This document shows, piece after piece, positions 55,640 to 64,000 of a stretch of DNA of 64,000 nt. The position numbers were made by a program, and so were the translations under genes. Origin of the DNA: Octopus sinensis (taxonomy: Eukaryota); the NCBI RefSeq assembly GCF_006345805.1, contig NC_043000.1:123194001-123258000 (forward strand). Reading direction: 5' to 3'. The notes below the pieces were generated by a model that did no database searches, was not told where the DNA came from, and saw only the letters and a program-made list of their open reading frames with translations. The stretch's first letter is position 1. Every line of letters begins with the position of its first letter.

Positions 55640-55890
55640 ATCATCATCATCATCATCGTTTAACATCCGTTTTCCATGCTAGCTAGGGCTGGATGGTTCG
55701 ACCGGGGTCTGGGAAGCCAGGAGGCTGCACCAGGCTCCAGTCTGATCTGGCAGTGTTTCTACAGTTGGATGCCCTGCCTAACATCAACCACTCCGTGAGT
55801 GTAGTGGGTGCTTTTTACGTGCTACCGGTACAGGTGCCAGGGGAGTCTGGAAGCAGCCACGATCAGTTGGTGCTTTTTACATGCCATGTT
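55640..55890 (-). mobile_element. RTE-tail copy
   Basis: catcatcatcgtttaacatccgttttccatgctag...gatctggcagtgtttctacag...gtagtgggtgctttttacgtg. Confidence 0.85.
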
Positions 55891-55938
<48 letters not shown>

Positions 55939-55939
55939 A

Positions 55940-56140
55940 TATGAGACAACAAATCCACGGCTGTGTGTAATTTTCAGGACATTTATAAAGACAAAGTTAG
56001 TCTTACAGGTGTTCCTGGGATATTAGGGATATCTCTTCATTAGAGACAATGTGAAATGGTTGAACAGAAACAGTTGTAAGACTAACTTTCTCTTTATTAA
56101 TGTCCTGAAAATTCCACACACCCTTGGCATTGTGGTCTCA
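55940..56140. repeat. imperfect fold-back element
   Basis: ~50-bp arms tgtgtgtaattttcaggacattt...gttagtcttaca / tgtaagactaact...aatgtcctgaaaattccacaca, plus atgagac / gtctcat outer ends. Confidence 0.88.
56000..56047 (-). ncRNA. decayed minimal type-I hammerhead ribozyme motif
   Basis: Minus strand: gtct-CTAATGA-agagatat...atatccca-GGAAC-acct-GTA-agac. Stem I (gtct/agac) is intact and stem II nearly so; both core boxes carry substitutions. Confidence 0.5.
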
Positions 56141-56328
56141 TTTTATTTAACGTATACATGCTCAAACAAGACCCGCATTAGACTTCTCACTCATATCATT
56201 ATTGAATTGAGAGTTTAACTATGGTCCTTCCATAGTACTTACATGGCGTTACCTACCACCTTGGATCTTCTGGACACCAATACCTCTCACATATATATTA
56301 TATATGCATACACATATGCATAAATGTG

Positions 56329-56329
<1 letters not shown>

Positions 56330-56392
<63 letters not shown>

Positions 56393-56547
56393 TATGTACA
56401 ACTTGTATATACTCATGTAAATGTGTATGTATATGTAAATATATATATATATAATATTTATATCATATTATTATTATATTATTATATATTATATCATTAT
56501 ATGATTGAATGCCACGCATCCTCTTCCAAGTAAGTTTTATCTATCTA

Positions 56548-56607
<60 letters not shown>

Positions 56608-56736
56608 TATATATATATATATATATTATATCATATATATATATATTCATATAATATATATTCATATTATATATATATATTCATATATATATATATATAT
56701 TATATATATATATATATATATATTCATATATATATA

Positions 56737-56780
<44 letters not shown>

Positions 56781-56883
56781 TATATATATATATATATATT
56801 ATATATATAATATATAATATATATATATTAATATATAATATAATATATATATATATATATATTCATATATATATATATATATA

Positions 56884-56921
<38 letters not shown>

Positions 56922-56946
56922 TATATATTATATATATATATATTAT

Positions 56947-56985
<39 letters not shown>

Positions 56986-57099
56986 CATATTAATATATAT
57001 ATTATATATATATATTCATATATATATATATTCATAATATATATATTATATATAGATTAATATTCATTATATATATATATAGATAATATATATATATAT

Positions 57100-57139
<40 letters not shown>

Positions 57140-57495
57140 TATATATATATATATATATATTCATAATATATATATATATATATATTATATATAATATTCA
57201 TATAGATATATATAATATATATATACTATATATTCATATATATAATATATATTATATATATAATATATTATATATATATTCATATCTATATATATATATT
57301 ATATATAATATTTCATATAATATATATATATATTCATATTATATATATATAATATTTCATATATATATTATATATTCATATATATATATATATATATTCA
57401 TATATATATATAATATATATATTCATATATATATATAATATATATATATTATATATATATATATATATTCATATATATATATATATAGATATATA

Positions 57496-57529
<34 letters not shown>

Positions 57530-57584
57530 TATATATATATATATATAATATATATATTATTATATATATATATATATATATATA

Positions 57585-57668
<84 letters not shown>

Positions 57669-57925
57669 TAGTATATATATATATATATATATATAGATAT
57701 ATTCATATATATAAGATATATTCATATATATATATATATTCAATATATATATATATTCATATATATATATATATATTCATATATATATATATATATGAAC
57801 ATATATATATATATATATATATACATAAGATAATATATATATTCATATATATTATATATATATAGAACATATATATATATATATATATATACATAAGAAT
57901 ATATATATATATACATATATAAAAT
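56330..57925. repeat. ~1.6-kb almost pure (TA)n tract with TTCA interruptions
   Basis: Directly visible. Confidence 0.97.
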
Positions 57926-57929
57926 CAAA

Positions 57930-58880
57930 AGAAGCAACAGGATATTAAGTAGTAATGCAGTACAACCAATTCAAGCAGCTTCATTTAATTGAACAATGCA
58001 ATCATTACATCCATTTAAATGCAGTCCTGTCTTCAGCTGCACAAAATATAGAATTTTTTAACAAATAGAACACATTAATATAATTTTTCTTAAATATTTG
58101 AACAGAGTAAGGAGATGGAAGAAATTCATGCTGTCACTATTGTAGCAAAGTGGCTAAGTATAGACTATAATTTCTTAGAATTGCAAGGAGCATAGTGGAG
58201 TCGTAGGGTTGTAAGGGTTGTAATTTTCATTTCTAATTTATTTATCTCTTTATCTTCTATTAAATCTGAGACTAGAAGACTGTGTTTATTTTGAATAAAG
58301 AACAATAGTGAGTTGACAGCTCATGGCTAGTTATGGTCATAAATAATGATGTTAATTACCAGTTAAAGGGGTAAGGCATTAAGAGACTTAAAATGCTAAT
58401 ACAAGGAAAATTTATTAGGGGCACAATGGGGGAATGTTTATAAACAATATTGTTATGTTATATAAAAATAACTAAGAATTCCAAAATGACATCATAAATA
58501 AAATAGCTGAAAGGTTTGTATGTATCAATTATAAACATTAAAGTTTATGTAGATTCAGTTTAAAAATAATTTTTGTACTTGATTAATTGATTAATTAATA
58601 AGGTGATTTCTATAAGACTGCTCAAAGCATTTACATATGGATTATCTGGAAAGATATGCATACTATCTATGAATTTTAAGCCATGAATCAGAAGCAGGAT
58701 ATTGAGATAATGGTAATACATAGATATATTTAAATAAAAATTATAAAATCTAGAGAATAAAAAATATAAATAATCCAAAATTATGTGCTGATATAAGTAT
58801 GTGTAAAATGTAAAATAATGCATACAGATACATATAGAAAGAGGGTTTTTTATGTATATACATGCACAAACAAACACATG

Positions 58881-58911
<31 letters not shown>

Positions 58912-59285
58912 AAACTCATGCATACATACATATACACAAATATCTACAACTAATATGAATATAGTATAAGGATCTTGCATAGACCTAAGTAACTGAAAAA
59001 TATGAATTTAAGAACAAGAAAAAAGACAACTTATAAGGGATAAGAGGTTAGTAAGAAAGGATATCAAAATAAAACAAAGCAATAAAAAATTATGGAAAAT
59101 AATAAGAAATATATATAACCTAAATATAAAGAGACAGGATTAGAATTTGAGGCAGGGAATATTCAATATTTTGTGCAGCTGAAGATAGCACTACATTTAA
59201 ATTAATGTAACGATTGCATTGTTCAATTAAATGGAGCTGTTTGAAATGGTTAAACTGCGTTACTACTTCATATACTCTTGCTTAT
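57930..59285. repeat. ~130-bp inverted repeat pair (57930-58055 and 59158-59285) about 1.1 kb apart
   Basis: ...catttaattgaacaatgcaatc...tcttcagctgcacaaaatat versus atattttgtgcagctgaaga...gattgcattgttcaattaaatg. Confidence 0.88.
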
Positions 59286-59385
59286 TTTTATTTTATTTAA
59301 CTTATTCCAGGATGTATGGATAACACTGGACTGACTTGGTGCTTCAACTTAAGAAACTAATCATCTGAATCTTACATACATATAC

Positions 59386-59407
<22 letters not shown>

Positions 59408-59429
<22 letters not shown>

Positions 59430-60128
59430 TAGATAAACTTAGATATGTTTCGACCAAAGATTGGTTCAGGCCATGTCTAACTTAATAGCACTACCTGATA
59501 GGATTATCTGAATCCTGTTTAAGTCAAGTTTTGTTTATGGTCCATTCAAGTAGTGAGTTTTTGTTGGGTGAGTTGTATCCAATTATGGGTGGCTCATCTG
59601 GTATTCCTTGAAGGAATCTATCCAGACTCCGTTTAAAGTTGATAGGATCCTTTTCCTCTTTGATCTCTTTCGGGACAATGTTAAATAGGGCAGGGCCTGT
59701 TGAGGAAAAGAAATTATGTTGCAGTGTACATGTATGCTGTGATCTTGAATTGGGCAGGGGACGTATGGCCCGTGGTCCCAGTTTTGGATGAACCTTGAAG
59801 CTAATGTTCAGGTCGTTTGGGCAAAGTAGGCGGTATATTCTCCACATCGTACAAATGATGTACCACTCACGGCGATGCTGGAGAGAGTAGAGTTTCAAGG
59901 CTTTAAGACGATCCCAATAATCGAGAGCAGCCATGCCTTCAATTCGTTTAGTGAGTGCCCTCTGGGGTGATTCAATCCTCGAGATGTTTTGTCTTGTACG
60001 GGGAGACCACAGTGGGCAGCAGTATTCGAGGTGTGGCTGTACAAAGGAGGAGAAAAGTGGTATGATGACACCTTGTTCTCTGGACCAGAAAGTTCTTAAG
60101 ATCCAGGAACTCATCCTACAAGCTATAT
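59408..60128 (-). mobile_element. CR1-like LINE 3' fragment with intact 3' end
   Basis: ~200 uninterrupted codons (SWILRTF...PHLEYCCPLWSP...RLKALKLYSL...GPALFNIVP...FKRSLDRFL), then a UTR ending in a duplicated ATCTAAGTTT and (TA)n. Confidence 0.9.
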
Positions 60129-60169
60129 CATGAAATATATGTGTATATATATACGTACATGAAAATATG

Positions 60170-60210
<41 letters not shown>

Positions 60211-60249
60211 GTTGTATATTATATTATGTATGTGTATAGTATATGTATG

Positions 60250-60283
<34 letters not shown>

Positions 60284-60290
60284 TATATGT

Positions 60291-60530
60291 GGAGGTGCAA
60301 TGGCCCAGTGGTTAGGGCAGCAGACTCGTGGTCATAGGATCGCGGTTACGTTTCCCAGACCGGGCGATGTGAGTGTTTATTGAGTGAAAACACCTAAAGC
60401 TCCACGAGGCTCCGGCAGGGAGTGGTGACGGTCCCTGCTGTACTCTTTCGCCACAACTTTCTCTCACTCTTTCTTCTGTTGGCCTGCTCACTTAGCCAGC
60501 GGGATTGTGTCATTTGAAGGCTAAAACAAT
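60291..60530 (+). mobile_element. tRNA-derived SINE (second family)
   Basis: A box TGGCCCAGTGG (60301) and degenerate B box GGTTACGTTTCCC (60346), followed by a non-tRNA body. Confidence 0.8.
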
Positions 60531-60534
60531 ATAC

Positions 60535-60571
<37 letters not shown>

Positions 60572-60955
60572 TACATGTATATGTCTCCATGTATGTGTAT
60601 ATGTGTATGTATGTTTGTTTGTATAGCTATATTCACCTTGGTAATGATTTATTTATGCACTCATATATATAGACATATATATATATACACGTTTTTCTAT
60701 GTGTGTGTGGCTGTGTGCACTCATTGTATATGTGTGTATATTTAATCATATTTTTATACAATTATTCACATTTATATTCTTATCCATATTGTATTTACAT
60801 GAATTGTTTTTATGATTATTGATAATTATTATATAATTGCATATTATTTATATGTGTGTTTTAGGTTCATATATATATATATATATATGTGATATATATG
60901 ATACATATAGGTTCTACGTATATGTACATATCCATATATATTTATTTTATATATA

Positions 60956-60987
<32 letters not shown>

Positions 60988-61846
60988 CACATATATATAC
61001 ATATATAACATACATATATATAATATATATATAGATAGATAGATTTAGATATGTGTGTGTGCGTCTGTTTGTGTATATATGTATATTTTATATAAATTTT
61101 AAACCATATGAAATCAAGTGGAGATATATGCATGTGTGTGTGTAAGATATACATAAACAAAAATAAATATGAAAAACTAGAATGGTTATATATTCATATG
61201 TTTATTGAATACTTTCATATACATGTTACATTAAATAATATATCCAAATGCAAATATTACCTTGCTATCTGCTGATATCATCAAATCTTCAGAATTTTTG
61301 CAATAAATGAAATATTCATTGCAGTCAGATAGTCAACAATGATGATTTGATGGTCTAATTGGATAGTAAGGTATTTCTTGCATAACAGATTTATTCATTT
61401 ATGAAACATTTGTAAGGATATATCCAATAAACATATAACATGTTTCCACTCTTGTTTTTTTCTTTGATCTTTGGTTTGTATGTAACGATGTATAACAAAA
61501 AGAAATTTCATAAAATAATTCAGTTTCTTTTCAGAGACCCATCTTTCAAATGATAAAGTAACACTTTCAATTCTAAAAATTAGTTACATGCTGTAGCCTG
61601 TATAGCACACTACACAATTATTATATAATCATAAATGGCTATTTATTGGTAATTTTAACTTGAACAGGTCTTTGGCTCTCACTTTAAATGGCTTATTGAA
61701 ACCAATGTAGAACATGAGGTCCTAGTCAAATCAATATTACCAATAAATTTTTACTTTGCTTAATGTATAGAGTCCCAGCATCAGAAAATGCTATATTGTT
61801 TTCCAACTAGCTGATCAACTATACCAATTATTGCATTTAGACACAA

Positions 61847-61877
<31 letters not shown>

Positions 61878-61902
61878 CACATTAATAATATTTTGACGCA
61901 GT

Positions 61903-61958
61903 TCCACATGACTTAAAGTTTTGTGGATGCATAGGACATGTCCATTTTATCAGATGTT
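61903..61958 (-). ncRNA. decayed minimal hammerhead ribozyme, 3' copy of the Penelope-like element
   Basis: acat-CTGATAA-aatggac...atccac-AAAAC-tttaa-GTC-atgt on the minus strand; stem I acat/atgt. Confidence 0.55.
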
Positions 61959-63772
61959 CAGAGGCAGAGTGGGTACCACTCATGGTTGGGTAAGATGTTG
62001 GTCTGAGTCATCCAGTTATCATTCAGGGGTGTATGAACACATTAGCAGCAGCCTTTACATGGGAGTAACCAAATTTGTTGGTATTGGATTACAATTGAAG
62101 TCGCATGATTGATATGAGTGAGTTGTATCTGTATGTGCAGCAGAGATTGAATACCTTCCCTTGTATGTAGATCAGCTAAGTCTTGGGTGATATATCTGAG
62201 TTGTTAGTGGTCAGAGGCTTGAAGTTCATTAGCAGTACATATCTCTGGTGGCAACAATAACAGAGTTCATTCTTCCTGTTTATGGATACTGTCATTTGGA
62301 TGAGTATGGTGTAGTTAGCAATTGTGAACTCCAGGTAAATAAGAAGGGATCCTGTCAAAAAACTCTAGTTGAAGTTTGGGAAGTCATTTAGATGGTCACA
62401 GAGTTTCCAGATGAAACAGGATAGGAAAGTGGAGCTTTCCTTATCCTTGCATCGAAAAGAAAGCTCGTGTTGTGTATATCTTCCCTTAAAGATATTGGCA
62501 GTGATGAGCATTTAGTGTCTTTTGATGCCATTGGATGTTGTGAGTTTGACTCTAGACTACAGATTCTGAGAGGCAGGATTCTCCTAGCAGGCAGTTAGAA
62601 GGATTTTGACAGTTACATGTTAGGGTGTGGCTTGGAGACTGTTTAGGATTGTGTTGGCAACTATTTTAGTGTGTGATGCTTGAAATGATGTTGTCTAAAC
62701 TGGTGTAGCTGACCCTGTCAATGTAAGGATTGAAGAGTTTATATCTATGGGTTCACAAGAAATGCTTTTTAATTAGTATCAGAAAGCTCCTTGCTATGCC
62801 ATATATATTTATTTATTGGTAAAGCTACTCCTCACTAATGCCTCATTATAATGTGGCATGTCCCTGTTGCAAATTTCTCTGTCTGCTGGGAGGTTACAGA
62901 TTCTTCTACTGATGTTTGTGACTAGATTTCAAATTATACAGATGGGTGGAGATTGGAGTGTCAATGATTATAAACAGTTTGCTTATTGAGCTAACTGTAA
63001 GGATAGTACTTGCCTGTTCTCAGGTCAACAGTTACATCCAGGAAGAGAACTTTGTCAAATTGGTGATAACTGTTATAGTCAGAGTGAATTCTTTGACGTT
63101 TTTTATCAGATCCTTACTGAACTTGTCCATGATGTAGCCATTCATATGGTTTGAGATTGTCAAACCATCATTTCTATACAGGACCAGATTATGAGGGCAT
63201 GTGCATTTCCTTAGAGTATTCAGAATACATAACTCAACAAGGTTAGTGACCTCAACCCTGTTAGCTCCCCATAAAAAAAACATCAAAAATGGGTTACCTT
63301 ACTTTTTACTCTGTAGGGATCATCATGAAACAAGGTTGACTTTCTAATATTCATGTTGATTGTTGATTTTCATGAATTGCCTACCAAAGTCTGGGGGCAT
63401 CACAAGGAAGGATTACAATATAGAAGGGTATGAATCCACAATGTTGGACTTGATGAACTTGGAGGCTGCCTTATTCTCAGTGCTATGAAACTAGTAAATT
63501 ATGCATGCTGCAATCCTTTTGGATCAGTCCTGTAGTTCTTCTAATATTGATGTCATCAAGAATATGCTTACTATAATTCCTATCTTGTTCTGGGAGAGTT
63601 AATGGTGCCAGCATCTTGCCAACATCCTGTCCAAACACATGGCCCTAAAAATGAAGAAAATAGCTGGGACCACTTTGATAGCATTAATACCATGTGACCT
63701 GAGCTGACTAATAGAGACCTAAATACCTAGAGACCATCTTGAATTTCTTTCAAACGTACCACTCTGCCTCCA

Positions 63773-63827
63773 AACATCTGATGAGTTGGATGTGTTCAAT
63801 GAGCCCACACAACTTTAAATCATGTGG
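63773..63827 (+). ncRNA. decayed minimal hammerhead ribozyme, inverted 5' copy of the Penelope-like element
   Basis: acat-CTGATGA-gttggat...gcccac-ACAAC-tttaa-ATC-atgt; the CUGAUGA box is intact and the GAAAC box is decayed. Confidence 0.55.
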
Positions 63828-64000
63828 AGCTGAATCACACTGTTATCAACTAAATGTAACTCCAACCAGATGTATCAAGTGCTGCTTTTCTTTGTTTGTT
63901 CACTCACTCATATATATTGTTTACATAATAAGAATTTAGAAACTTCAAGAAAGGTGAAATAATTGTTTTAACTGTGGAAATCAAAGTAGATGAAGCTTTA

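Larger units (their letters stand above)
61899..63832 (-). mobile_element. decayed Penelope-like element (RT and GIY-YIG) with inverted terminal repeats
   Basis: Minus-strand remnants SNIVDSYPSI, RKSTLF, EVTNLVELCILNTL...LYRNDGL (YRDDG), FLDVTVDL, HSNLHP, YNEAL; then CNCQNPSNCLL, FKGRYTQHELSF, NRKNEL. ~77-bp inverted repeats at 61899-61978 and 63756-63832. Confidence 0.85.

Noticed and set aside
97-61034. Many ORF-track entries rich in YI/IY, CV, HT or MYVC repeats
   Set aside because: These are translations of (TA)n, (TG)n, (CA)n and (TACA)n microsatellites, not genes.

Overview
AT-rich, microsatellite- and retroelement-dense animal genomic DNA; an Octopus-like coleoid cephalopod origin is my inference from repeat style. 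The only host gene I can support is an internal part of an alpha-neurexin on the + strand. Six GT-AG exons (16106-16261, 17505-18291, 19223-19440, 23601-23709, 25807-26559, 35247-35366) splice into one open frame encoding LNS2(C-half)-LNS3-EGF2-LNS4-LNS5-EGF3. The 5' exons and the LNS6/TM exons were not found and probably lie outside the window. The rest is intron filled with decayed RTE, CR1-like, RLE-type and Penelope-like retroelements, mariner relics, a hAT-type MITE, tRNA-derived SINEs and simple repeats. Most interesting: (i) a Penelope-like element bracketed by inverted repeats that each carry a decayed minimal hammerhead ribozyme, plus two further fold-back relics with hammerhead-like motifs; (ii) two candidate neurexin microexons (3 nt and 18 nt) at the positions equivalent to vertebrate splice sites SS2 and SS6. 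Exon coordinates were counted by hand. Repeat boundaries are approximate, and family names come from recognised motifs, not database searches.
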